A DNA stretch of 63,997 bases, the filler included, from Blastocystis sp. subtype 4 (Eukaryota): assembly GCF_000743755.1 (NCBI RefSeq). It is 11 parts of 11 records of this genome, joined end to end, with 100 filler letters (N's around TTAATTAATTAA, not from the genome) between each part and the next. Parts side by side here need not be neighbours in the genome. Positions count along the whole stretch, not along the records: positions 34,441 to 40,655 come from NW_014569085.1; positions 40,756 to 46,229 come from NW_014569084.1; positions 46,330 to 55,697 come from NW_014569083.1; 8 more parts are not named here. One strand, 5' to 3'. Below the pieces are notes generated by a model, which saw only the letters and a program-made list of their open reading frames with translations, was not told where the DNA came from and did no database searches. A program made the position numbers and the translations under genes. Within the stretch, counting starts at the first letter, position 1. Each line of letters begins with the position of its first letter. This document shows positions 34,711 to 47,092 of the stretch, in pieces.

Positions 34711-36431
34711 CTAATACGTGCGAATGAGTAGCTCTTTCTCTGACACAGCAATACCAATCTGGTTGTGAAGGGCGCAGATTTCATAAGTCTCACTAGAAAC
34801 AACATAGAACTGACCAAACTCGGCGTGGTTATAGCCATAAGGTCTACCTCTAATCAATTCACCCTTGCTGTTGGTGTAGTAAGTATAGCCAGGAACAAGA
34901 GCCTTCGAGAGGCTATTATACTTGTACACACCATGGAACTGGATGTATTTGCTGCTCTTACTACGATCAGTTGTAATACCCACAGGATAAGCAAGATGGT
35001 AACCCACATTCACGCTGCTGTAAGAGTTATCACCCATTATATACGAATCCACTAAAACGAACCGCGACCAATCCACAGCACCCACAGCAAATGTGAAAGT
35101 ACCTGATTGTCTGCGACCGTTTCTGGCAATCACAAAGTTCGAACCAACACGAGTGATATCATTGTTATCAGTACGCTCTCCCATCATGAAGATCAAGTTG
35201 CCATTGGCAGAAGCATCAGGGAACATCACTCCAAAACGACGATCCGAAAGAATACGCAGACTAATCTGGGTGTGAGACTCTGGCTTCAAAGCACCTCCAC
35301 TCTCAATGATGGTGTAGCCTCCGAATCGCACATGATCACCATCCAAGAAGATAGCCATTCCCACAACACCATTACCCTCAGTCTCATCATAATAGCAGAT
35401 CACAGCCATCTGAGAGTTGAAGTTATCCAGAGCGAACCAATTCACGTTATCGGAGAATACACGAATGTTCCAGTCTGAGAACGTTATTGTGTCGCGGTCG
35501 TGATCAATGGAAGCAACCTTCACACGAATAGGAGCAAAAGGTTCAGGGACCACAGTACCATTGTTCTTGTGACCAGTAGCAGCAATCAAGAACTTGTCTC
35601 TTCTGAGTCCAGCCACACCATGATAAGAATAGAAACCTTCCTCACTAGCAACGAAGGGACCCTTGAATTGGATCTTAGCCTGCTCTCCCTCACCAGTCCA
35701 AGTACCATAACCAGCCATCAATCTGTAATTAGAATGGTCCTCATAGATGAAAGCGACATGGTTTCCATCGAGATTATCAACATGAGGGAAAATAGAATTC
35801 TCACTCACCGCGATAGTGTTGGGCTGTCCGAACACACAACTCAATGTGTGGTGCTTACCATCATAGTTATCGGAAACAGTAAGAGGAATCATACGGTTAT
35901 TACCAACGAGAATAAGCTTGGTATCATTCAGCTGAATCAGATGAGACACAGTCACAGAAACTCCTCTCTCATCCACAGCATTGAACTCCATAGGGTACGT
36001 AACGTCATCACCATCAATGTACTGAAGAGAAACCTTTCCGTAGTAGGCACTCACGATAATATGTTCACCAACCACCTCAGTCTTCAATCCACGCATCACT
36101 TCGTGAGACACAACAGTCACATTGCGATAAATACCAAAACCAGCACCTCTCTGGACATATCCCTCCCAATCAAGAGAAACAGGAGTACCAGCAGGGAAGT
36201 TGTTCTCTCCCTTCTGCATAGGGAATTTGTAGGTGAAAAGGGTCTTATTAAGGTATCCCTACAAAAATCAAAGACAACGAGCAAACTGACCTTAGAAGCC
36301 TTGTAAGAAGCAAAGCAACTGATCACAAAGGATGCCAACAAGCAGAGGTAGAAGAGGAAGCTGCACCATTGTGACTTCTTCTTTCCTTCTTCCGTCTCCG
36401 TATTATAAAGTCCTTCAAGAATGTCTCTCAT
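34711..36431 (-). CDS. Type II membrane protein with a beta-propeller-like ectodomain, unknown function
   Basis: N-terminal TM exon joined by a 32-nt intron to the 502-aa ORF; ~55-aa beta-rich repeats; C/G-ending codon bias suggests high expression. Confidence 0.7.
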
Positions 36432-36737
36432 GAGTAATCAAGATTCGACAATAAAACTCTATACACTTAAGTATTATGACGTATTCAAGACGGAGACACA
36501 AAACACAACATCAGTGAAACGCCTATCGTAATGGAGCTCCTTACTTATCAAGAGAAACAATTCACTCTACTGTTTTCCAACTTGTTTCCTGTACTCCCCT
36601 TGTTTTCTTGCAATATTGAAATTGTTTCAAAAGGGTTATACTAGAATTGATTTACTGGAATTGTACTCGTTAGTTTGGGATTCCTATAACACCAATGTAG
36701 CAAACATATTCAACAAACACATTGTAAGGAAAAGTAG

Positions 36738-38700
36738 TTACTGGATAAAAGCAGTAGAATAGTCATAATTCTCTTCGTTCATTGCATCTTCCCCTTCCTC
36801 GTACGGATTTTGGTCTTCATTCTCTTTTGTTATCTCTTCTTCAAGCATTTCTTGACGTTGCCTCAATATCTCTTCCTTGCTCGGAATACGGCTTTCTAAT
36901 TCATCACGATGGACTAAATGACGGTTAAGAATAGGAATTTCATCTTCTTCATATTCGTTTTCGATGTTGTTGATATCTTCTACTGCATCTAATACCATAT
37001 ATTTGTCATCCTATCGACTCATAACCAACTATAATACTCACATCAAAAGCATTTTCGGCAATCTGGATGGCATGCATGTTTTCATCATTAATTGATTTGA
37101 AATCAAATCCTTGTGACCAGTCATTCACAATCTGAAGTCCCTGATTCCTATCCTCACAATACACATAGCAGAACTACATGTGGTCTAACATGTATTTCGG
37201 AGGTTTGATATAAAATGGAATCATTCCTTGATTAAAGTCTTGAATAACCACACATGCCGCCGCACGCATATCTGGAATGCCTCCTTTCTTCAGTTTTCCA
37301 CGTGCTCTGGCCACATAAGCCAGTAATTCTCTTACTATACATCAAATTTTAACAGATTTCATTACCTGAGGAAAATGGTGGAATTGCATAATAAGATTGA
37401 AGATACTGACAATTGTTATTCAATGACTGCATCATTCTCTCAACAATTCCTTCAGGATCATCGAGTTCCTAGTGTTCTATTAACCCTTCATGTCATACAT
37501 GAACATCCACGCAGTTTCGCAGCAAATATGAGTTGCTGTTACTATTAAAGATGATTCCCGGACAATCCAGAAGCGATATATTGCGATCAATCTGAATCTC
37601 CTATTTCTTACATCTAATTCTTATACTTACTTGAATAGCACGAGTGTAACCTGCTGTAGACGAAACTCCTACAGCGCGAGATCGTTTTAAGGAATTGATC
37701 AGAGAAGATTTACCAACATTGGGATAACCAATAATACCCACAGTTATAGCAGTCTTCACGCCATTGTTACGACAATAGTTTTTGAGCAATTGAAGAACAT
37801 TATCAGCACCCAAACAGACATTACTTGAAACCACACTACTATTAGCCTTCCTAATATCCATATTATTTCGACCCAAGTGGGATCGCTGGGACTGCGTATT
37901 CGCCTTGAAAAGAATTGTCGGATACTCTTGACGAAGGAGACTCAACCACTTTGGAATTAATAGTACAACCAATATATACCATTAGAGCAATATGTTTGGG
38001 AACGAGATCGATCTTGTTGATTAGGAGGATGATTCGTTTATTGGGATCCTTTTCTAAAATCTTTCGCTCAATCAGTTTGCTTCGACAACCCTATAATTAT
38101 TAGTCCACTCAAAAACTACCATAGGATCGCGAGCATCTAAAACAATAATAATTACATCACTTCGATTGATAACCTCTTTCAGTTGGTGAAAAAATGCACG
38201 TCGCGTCTGCGCTGCAGCATTGTCTTCCTTCGCAAACTGGGTTTCCTAGAGTCAAAACACGATTGAATTTCTACAAACTCCTCTTTCTGCAATTTCATTT
38301 CTTGAGAATACTTTTCCGTTTTAATCTGTGCTTGTTGAATCATTGACTCCAACTATATATTGTTTCATCTATAGAAAACCCCACTGACATTGGTGCAGCG
38401 TTCGAGTTACTTCTCATTTCTGAGCCTTCCTCTTCCATGGCTTCTTTGAGTTTTTCTTTCATCATCTTATTCTAAGGTATCAATGAATACTATTCAATTC
38501 CGACTCTTCTTTCTAATTTCCGTTTCTCTTCACCAAAGTTGGGAAGACCGGGATCTTTGTGAATTTTCCTTATCTTTCCCTCACGAAGGTTTTTCTGAGT
38601 TTGCTTGCGATTCTTACGGTGCTCCACCTTATTCTACAAATCACGCTGTTTTATCACTTCTGACAGAATAAGAATTCCTTATTTGCTTGGCTGTTGGCAT
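36738..38700 (-). CDS. GNL3: Nucleostemin/Nug1-like circularly permuted GTPase, multi-exon
   Basis: KDPGLPNF, VLDARDPMG, LINKIDLVP, GIIGYPNVGKSSLINSLKR, LLDCPGI and RGKLKKGGIPD motifs. Confidence 0.9.
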
Positions 38701-38799
38701 TCTTGAATGTAAGAGGAACTGGGAGCAAATCACTGATGATTAACTTGAAACAAACAACCCAACCCAATAATACAAATATACAATTCATCTGATCCACAC

Positions 38800-39771
38800 T
38801 TAGGCTCTGACATCCCACACACGGATGACACTATCAGTGTATCCAGTGAACAGAACAGCTCCATCCATNGACCAGCAGAGACACTGGCAAGAAGGAATAG
38901 TAGCCTTCACAGAACGAGGAGGGAACTCAGGAGTAGCTGAAGCAACCTTCTGTCTGTTCTCCAAATCGTAAATGATGATCTCCTTTGTAGTGGAGATGGC
39001 AATCCAATAGTTCGAAGGAGAGAAAGCAACGTCAGTCACCTCATCCTCGACATTGATACGATAGCTCTCCAGACCGGTTGTCAGATCCCAGATGATCACA
39101 TAACCATCCTTACCAGCAGAAGCACACAGACTACCATCAGGAGACACAACCACCTTATGAACCAGCTGAGTGTGACCCACCAGATTGTACTCAACCTGCA
39201 TTCTCTCCAAATCCCACACCTTCACAATCTTATCATATCCACAAGTCACAATACGAGGCTTCTGCTCCATGTTCGGTACGAAACGGACACAACTCACCCA
39301 ATCATTGTGACCCTGCTTATCCAGAGTGAACTGACACTCTCCCACAGTGTTCCACAGCTTGATCGTACGATCACGTCCACAGGTCAACAGAAGACGGTTA
39401 TCAGGGCTGAAGCACACAGACAACACATCCTTGCTGTGACCAATCAGAGTCTGTCTCGACTCACCACTCTCCAAGTTCCACAGACGAGCAGTTCCATCCC
39501 AAGAAGCAGTCAGAGCGTACTCTCCATCATACGTCAAACACACATCCTCAACAATATGAGAATGACCCTTAAGCACTCTCTTAGGAACTCCACAAGACAT
39601 AACGAGAGAAGGATCATCAAGGGGTTCACCTGCCTTCAGATTCCAGACCAAGCAAGTGTGATCACGAGAAGCAGACACCAACACATCGTTGTTGGCATTA
39701 GAAGCGCAGATGGAAGTTACCCATCCGTTGTGGCCACGAAGGCATCCACGAAGACTCAGTTGAGCAGACAT
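38800..39771 (-). CDS. RACK1: RACK1 (ribosomal WD40 protein)
   Basis: LRGCLRGHNGWVTSI, seven WD repeats, LFTGYTDSVIRVW end. Confidence 0.95.
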   Translation of the reverse strand: MSAQLSLRGCLRGHNGWVTSICASNANNDVLVSASRDHTCLVWNLKAGEPLDDPSLVMSCGVPKRVLKGHSHIVEDVCLTYDGEYALTASWDGTARLWNLESGESRQTLIGHSKDVLSVCFSPDNRLLLTCGRDRTIKLWNTVGECQFTLDKQGHNDWVSCVRFVPNMEQKPRIVTCGYDKIVKVWDLERMQVEYNLVGHTQLVHKVVVSPDGSLCASAGKDGYVIIWDLTTGLESYRINVEDEVTDVAFSPSNYWIAISTTKEIIIYDLENRQKVASATPEFPPRSVKATIPSCQCLCWXMDGAVLFTGYTDSVIRVWDVRA

Positions 39772-40184
39772 CGTCTATTCCAACGGGTTAGATCATATGA
39801 AAAATGAAAAGCAATCGAATTGATACATACAATGAGATTAACGAAGTGAGAGATGAAAGAATAATTGGAGAGAATTCGAATGATGATGAATCAGACGGTT
39901 CTAGATCCACTAGTCAATTTCATACCTATATTTCTTTTGTATTAAACCATTCATCCAATCAAACGAACGATTTGAAACCACTCTGAACTGACTCTGAGGG
40001 AAATAAGCCAAATGAAACCGATCTGAATNCTTCCTCCACTATCTTGTGTCTATTCCATTGTGAACAATCTGTGAAGTATGAGCTTATCTCTTATGAATAG
40101 TGATTTGAGATATTGATAATTAAGACTACTGTACATTTGGGCTTTCTGGTGAGCTCAGAGTATTGCTGTATTCCATTCTAGATA

Positions 40185-40611
40185 ATGGTAAGTGTCTGAT
40201 CAAATTGATATCATGATTTACTATCGATACAAATCGAGTTTGAGTCGTTGCTGTGTTTGAAGAGTGTGTTCGGTCATAACCTATTGTTTAGACGAAAGGT
40301 ACTTCTTCTTTCGGTAAGAGACATACGAAGACCCACACGATCTGCAGAAGATGCAATCGTCGTGCCTTCCACATTCAGAAGGGTCGTTGCGGCTCTTGCG
40401 GTTATCCTGATGCCAAGATGAGACATTGTAGGTTGTTGATGCTGAGTTTGGAGGTGTTTGAATGGTGTTGTGACGTTTTGTAGACAACTGGGCTTTGAAG
40501 AGTTCTCGTCGTCGTGGTCAGGGAACTGGTCGCATGAGATATCTGAAGACTATGACTCGTCGCTTCAAGAATGGTTTCCAAGAGGGACATGAGGCTCCTG
40601 CTCATAAGTGA
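40185..40611 (+). CDS. RPL37: 60S ribosomal protein L37 (two introns)
   Basis: [40 protein letters not shown]...[17 protein letters not shown] at 40647. Confidence 0.95.
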
Positions 40612-40655
40612 ACTGGACAGTCGTATGGAAACAGCATTTTCTTATCTGTTTGTTT

Positions 40656-40755
40656 NNNNNNNNNNNNNNNNNNNNNNNNNNNNNNNNNNNNNNNNNNNNT
40701 TAATTAATTAANNNNNNNNNNNNNNNNNNNNNNNNNNNNNNNNNNNNNNNNNNNN
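40656..40755. other. Artificial contig spacer
   Basis: N/TTAATTAATTAA/N, 100 nt. Confidence 0.97.
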
Positions 40756-40854
40756 CATCAATGAATAAACTGAAGAGTTAAGATAACAAATTGTTAATGA
40801 ATTTGATGTTTGTTCAATATCAATAGAATGAATTGTATGAATTGACTTACTGAT
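40756..40854 (+). repeat. 99-bp perfect inverted repeat, left copy (partner 45119-45217)
   Basis: Base-by-base reverse complement identity. Confidence 0.9.
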
Positions 40855-40928
40855 GTTTGCAGTTAGTTAGTTGGTGGATGATGAAGTGATGTTCCTTGTG
40901 TGATTGATAGTACAAACAAGAATATAAC

Positions 40929-43105
40929 CTAGTATACTTTACAGCACGATTTTATAGATTGCTTGTGTTTATTCTTAAGATATATGCATTTCTGAAGGAT
41001 AACTCCATTGAGGATATCAGCATCTAGAAAAGAGTCACTTGTCAATTCTACTTGTACAATCAAGCGTGGTTACATGATAGAATGACTCCTCTCCTAGTAC
41101 AATGTTGTCAAGGATTGCATTTGGTACATCTAAGTCATATGATTAAATCGTCTTTACTTTCCACTAATACTGAACCAAAGTACTTGAAATTGTTTGCGTT
41201 CCCCCTTATCTCAGTAAGAGCTAGCAAATCTAAGAGTTCATGATCATCAGTGGCCCTTACTCTTCAGTACCAATGAATTCAGATAGATTGGTGTAGTCGT
41301 CTTACTAGAAATAGGGCCGTGATTGTTGCCATCTCCTTGAAAAGCAGAATTACCCAGAGTAACAGACTGAAGTTGCGGGAGATCTAACTTATTAGGATCT
41401 TTGCATACATACTCTCAATTTGAACAAGTCGACAATTTTGAAATGAGTAGTCGCCTATGAAAAGCGTCTGAAGTGAACAGAGATCTAGTTCTAATTCGAC
41501 TATATCACAAACTTTTCAAGCTAAATGTCACATTTTTGGAAAAGCACAAAGATGCAACTGTAAGAGATTCTAGAGAAGGAAGACGATTCAGAACCAATTG
41601 TCCGTAATGACAAAAGGACTGACTTCCAATAGTAATCTCTCTTAGTTTCTTACAGCTTCTGATTAAACATTCCCCCTCTAACTCTATGTTACTCATGTCT
41701 CCATGTCTACAGGAAAGACACTTCTCTCCTATAATTACACCTTCCAGTTCATTCAATTCATCAATTACAAATCTACTTACACTTGTGAAGCATCCTTTCC
41801 TAATATCCAAATAAACCGTGTTTTGGAGATAGTTCTTGCCATCAAATGAGGTTATATTTGAGCTTAGATTATATCCTTCTGAAAAGACTTTGATGCCAAA
41901 TATGCCATTAGTCCATTCTCCTTTCCTTACAATATCCTCATTCTCATCATATTCTTCTCCCATTCCATGTTTCAATCCATTCTTCCATTCTCCAATATAT
42001 AATACGGAACCACTGTGGAATTCACTTCCATATCCTTCTCTCTTCCCTTTCTTCCATCCACCTACATACAATGCACTCTCTCCATCACTTCCATACTCAC
42101 TTCCTTTTCCTTCTCGAATGAATCCTTTCATCATATCTCCTCCAAATCCTCCTTCATATACTCTCATTGCATTCTCATCATATTCAATCATGCATTTTCC
42201 TTTCCATTCTCTCAATACTCTCATCATTACTCCATTCTTGTATTCACATTCTCTAACCAATCTTCCTCCTTCATACTCAAAACACTTACCATTCTTTCAT
42301 CATATTCACTCACACTCAACAATTCTTGTTTTTCATTTAATTCTTTATAGTATCCTTTCATTTCTTCCATTCGAGGATGAATCACATATCCATTCATCAT
42401 ATCTCCAAACCATACTCCTTCATACACCTTCTTTCCATTATCATCAAACAATCTCATCAATCCACCTGCAACGAATTCTCGAATCACTCGCTTCTTCATT
42501 CCCTTCTCATATACACATTCATTCTTAATGAATCCCATTACGAATTCATAGCAATGTCCATGCTTCAGCCTCAAATCTTTGTCATATTGTGATACACTTA
42601 ACAACTCTCCTGTAGTACTGTACTCGTTGTAAAAACCTTTCATCTCTTTTCGTTCACTTACTGAGGAATACCGTCTGCCATCTTGATAGAATCCCATCCA
42701 AATAACTTCTTGTGATTCATTAAACTCTTTGAATATGCCAAACTCGACTCCATCCTTCAATTCTCCCCTCAATACGATTCTTCCATATTCACTTTTCCTT
42801 ATCACCTCTCCATTGGCTAAATCATTTGCAAATTGCAGTTTCATAAATACTGTTCCATTATCTCTAAGAATAACAGCATTTCCTTCTTTCTTCCCATTCC
42901 TCATATTTACCTTCATCTTGTACCCAGAATATTGACCAGAATAGTGGATAACAACCGGTCCATCTCTAGAGTCTCCTCCATTGACACTATCTATACTCTT
43001 AACCGTGAAATCATGAAGATAAGAATGAATAGGGAACGAGTCAAAGGTGGTGATGTTTGAATTCATTATACGAAAGAAACGATCATTATTTGGGTCAGGT
43101 GCCAT
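40929..43105 (-). pseudogene. MORN-like plus LRR-like family gene with a frameshift near 42295
   Basis: Two overlapping ORFs in different frames. The paralogue at ~19560 has GATGAA-GATGGATTATTGA-AGAATGG, while this copy has GATGAA-AGAATGG (13 nt shorter). C-terminal exons carry L..L.IG..(S/C)F repeats. Confidence 0.7.
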
Positions 43106-43175
43106 TAATAGCCCATTTTTTATCCCAATTTGTTAACTCTTTCCAAGTCTATTACTTCCTTTACTTATTGTAACA

Positions 43176-45082
43176 CTATCTTTTGTTTGAAACAATCAGG
43201 AATGACATGTGTTGGACTAGAATTGATATCATTATGTGACTTAAACAAGATACTGACTTCCTTTCGTCACAATGCGACCAAAACAACCAGAATCTATAAT
43301 GAACAGGTACTAAAAACACAACTAGATGGCTGGAAACAGTATACATTGGAGAAGGCATTTTCTCCTAATTGTACTTCACTTTTAGCCATTTTGGGTGTAT
43401 CTACTCATAATCATGTATTCACTTATACTTGTAACTATAACTGTACCAAAGTAGCAGAGATTATCTCCCTCACCTCCAATATGTTTCAGAGAAGGAAGAT
43501 CTATGTCAGATTTTCTTCAGAGTCTTACTAATGAGGGACAATTGATTCTTGTACATAAATGGTTCCTCGTTGCTCTGTTTTCGATCGTCACTTCCATCTC
43601 CATTTAATGCAAATCTGCCCAAATCTATAGACTGTAGTTTTTTTAAGTCTAGATAGAATTCATTCTTATTTGCCAACTCAATATAGAGACTTCATGTATA
43701 TTTGAGGCCGTATCTGAACCAATAACGATACTTTCTAATTCCTTCAAGCCTTCAATAGTTATGATTGTTGTGCTTTGAAAGCATTCATCTCCAATATCTA
43801 TTCTCCTCAAATTAGGTAGATGTTGAATCCTGATTATGGTAAAAGTCGCTTCATTATAACTCTTTGATGGTATGATCAATTCTTCAAGATCTAATGACAT
43901 ATCTGTAGATTGATCATCACTGAAGGAGATAATGCTTTCCTTTTCCTCTGATTCATCATCTTCTGATTCAGTGACTGGAACAGTAGCTGTATCTTGAACC
44001 CCTTCAGAAACGGATCTTTGTGGTTCTTCTGTTGTCGAGACGATGAAGCTCTCCTCTCCAATTGCCGAGCTTATCGTAGAGACAGGTGAACTGGGTGCTG
44101 AAAGAATAGGATCGATGGAATCCATTGATTTGCTCAGGACTTGTGTTTCTTCTATTCTCGTTTGGTAATGTTCTTCAGTTCCTTTCTTTTCGCTTCTCGC
44201 TTCATCAATTTGATTTGCTACAGCTTGTGGGTTCTCGTTATTTACTACCGTCTGATGATCAGAATCACTCTTGATATCTTCAATCCCGACAACTTTCAAC
44301 GCTTCGTATACAGCGACATGCTCCCCATTGACAATCTCTCTTGCCGACTCTTCGCTTTCTCCGTGACTATACCAGCCATTGTTGAGTTCAATTCGTTTAT
44401 CTACTTCTTCGGCTCCTTTGTTCCATTCACTTTCTGCAATGCATATACCACTACGCAGGTCATATATACGTCCAAACCCATGTCGTTTGAGTTGATTCTC
44501 TTCTTCACTATATTCATACCCACCCCTATACACAGGTTGATGATGTAATACATCAATATTCCTCTCCTCATTCAATCCGCCATATTCAATCATCACATAT
44601 TCATCTAATACGCGCTGATGAAGATGGATTAGCAAATCCTTATGCCATTCTCCACAAAAAGAAATAACCCCGTTCTCGTACTCGACACCATAACCTTCTC
44701 TCTGCAATTCTTCGTTGTAATCTCCACGATAAGCCAATTGATTCGTTTCAGTATTCACAATCACCAGCAAGCGTTTAGCACTTCCATTTTCTATCCATCG
44801 GAATTCTTTTCCATCCAGATATTTCCAAAAGGAGACACCCACTACACATCCAGCATCATAAACGAACACCTTTCCTTTTGGTACTCCCTTTTCCATTCTC
44901 CAAGACATTCTCAATATTCCATCATCAAATAACTGGGCTAGACCATCATATACTCCATTCACCAATTCAAAGATGCAATATTCGTTAACAAAATCTTTAG
45001 GATATTCCACAACTGCTACAGTTCTATCACCAATTCGACGTCTTGTTACTTCACTTGAAAGGATCCCATTCAACAAGGACAA
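43176..45082 (-). CDS. MORN-like plus LRR-like family protein (both ends approximate)
   Basis: YRGDYNEELQREGYGVEY, acidic linker, LPNLRRIDIGDECF..LKELESIVIG. Confidence 0.65.
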
Positions 45083-45118
45083 ACAATGATGCAGCGAGTC
45101 TACTATGACTACAAAACA

Positions 45119-45217
45119 ATCAGTAAGTCAATTCATACAATTCATTCTATTGATATTGAACAAACATCAAATTCATTAACAATTTGTTATCTTAACTCTT
45201 CAGTTTATTCATTGATG
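45119..45217 (-). repeat. 99-bp perfect inverted repeat, right copy
   Basis: Reverse complement of 40756-40854; ends on the ATG of the GBP/atlastin-like gene. Confidence 0.9.
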
Positions 45218-46229
45218 TCAGCTATTCGATCATCAGTATTATCGAATATACCTCCTCATGTCATTGTTTGAACATTCATTCAATTCTAGTTCATTGAAGA
45301 GAGTAAGGGATCAGATGTCTTCATTGTTCATAAAGAAGCATTGAATTCCATTATCACTGATGTATTGAACAATTTCATTCATCAATACTAGGATATCAAA
45401 GATATACCCATTTGTGTTCTTTGTATCATGGGAGTCTATCGAGGAGGAAAGTCTTTCTTTCTTAACTTCGTTGTTCGATATTTGAAAGCACTTGAGAGTA
45501 TTTCTCTTTCTTCCTTCTCAACTAGAACAAACTGTCACTAATACTCCTTATGGATCAATTCCACAATGGATGAAAGCAGAAGGAGAGTATATTGATGGGT
45601 TTCGGACTAAAGAAGGTAAACAAATCTCAACTGGATTCAGTGTGAGTTCTGGAAATGAACGAAACACAACTGGAATTCTGTTTTGGAATCGTCCTTTCGT
45701 GATTGAGAGAGATCATCAACGAATCTGTATTCTGATTATGGATACTCAAGGATTATGGGATCCAGAAACAGGAAATGAATTGAATACTTGTATCTTTGGT
45801 TTGAGTGCTGTTCTTTCTTCTTATCTCATTTTCAATACCAAAGGAACTCTAAATTCAGAACAATTCAAACAATTGGCTCGATTATCAGAATTCAGTAGAG
45901 GAGTAGCTGAAGGGAAAGAGAAGGGATTTCAACATCTTCATTTACTCTGTCGTGATTATGCAGAATATGATCTGTCATATGATGATTTACGAATGGGCTT
46001 GAAACGGATTAGTGATTGTAAAGAGGAAATCCAAACGAAACCAGCATTCAAAGACTCATATACAACAATCGCTAACTGTTTTGAAGAATTTGATGTGTTC
46101 TGTCTTCCTAGACCAGGAGACATCGATAGCAAAGGATATGATGGAAGTCTAGTGAAGATCAAATCATTGTTCATGCAAATGTTGGGATACTACATTGAAC
46201 AGATTGTTAAGACAATTCAACCAAGAAGA
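45215..46229 (+). CDS. GBP/atlastin-family large GTPase, truncated by contig end
   Basis: IMGVYRGGKSFFLNF (P-loop), ERNTTGILFW, ILIMDTQGLWD and LLCRD motifs. Confidence 0.85.
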
Positions 46230-46329
46230 NNNNNNNNNNNNNNNNNNNNNNNNNNNNNNNNNNNNNNNNNNNNTTAATTAATTAANNNNNNNNNNNNNNN
46301 NNNNNNNNNNNNNNNNNNNNNNNNNNNNN
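46230..46329. other. Artificial contig spacer
   Basis: N/TTAATTAATTAA/N, 100 nt. Confidence 0.97.
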
Positions 46330-47055
46330 TGAAAGCGAGAGGTGGTTCAATCGACATTTGTCGTTTGGAGGAAGTACACGTAGCGAATTTGGGCTATTCA
46401 TAATGTAATAGTCTCAATTCTACTCGCAGAATATGAGTAGGAGAGGAGTTGAAGAGAGCTAGAGATCATATGTATCCTAATCAAACTACCTGATTCGGGA
46501 TTTACTGATCCCCATAAATAATCTGGCTCTCGAAGAGAAGCCAATTCCTTGTTTGAAGTTGACTCATCAACCGACACTTGAGTTTTCATTGGATCATCCA
46601 ATATTCCATAAGAAGATGATTCACCAAACAACGGAGTGATAGGAAGAGGAAGGACTGGAAGGGCTACAAACAACCATTCTCAACAAAACATACACAAAAT
46701 ACATGAACGGTCAAGAGAACAATTCTTCAAGAGAACGGCATGAATATGAATCTCCTTCCTCCGTTTTCTGTTCTGTATGTTCATATCAATACAATAGACT
46801 ACATAAGGAATAGCAGAATCAAAAACATCCCAGAACTGAGGTTCTTGATGAGATCGTTGTTCTGAAATCCTTTTGATCTCATTTTGTATTCGTTTCATAT
46901 CTAGACCATGACATATCCAATATCAAGGATATACGAAAGATTGCGACATCAGCCAACACATCTACTCCAATGTTCGAAATATGAGTAACTTTGCACTTTT
47001 CACAGATCATAGCAACACACTTTCGCAGGATCTCTCTCACATACTTATCACTCAT
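46330..47055 (-). CDS. Bromodomain-associated histone-fold protein (TAF8/TAF3-like), truncated
   Basis: MSDKYVREILRKCVAMICE.......GVDVLADV...MKRI histone-fold start, then a LPVLP segment. Confidence 0.55.
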
Positions 47056-47092
47056 CCTGAATTGAGAACAAACAGACTCCATATGATACAAA

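Noticed and set aside
35500..36306. 268-aa plus-strand ORF (likewise 39157-39807 and 27286-27696)
   Set aside because: Antisense to strongly codon-biased genes; no independent protein features.
39870..40000. ATGATGA...CTGA as a possible box C/D snoRNA between RACK1 and RPL37
   Set aside because: No convincing terminal stem or recognisable rRNA guide; these motifs are common in AT-rich DNA.
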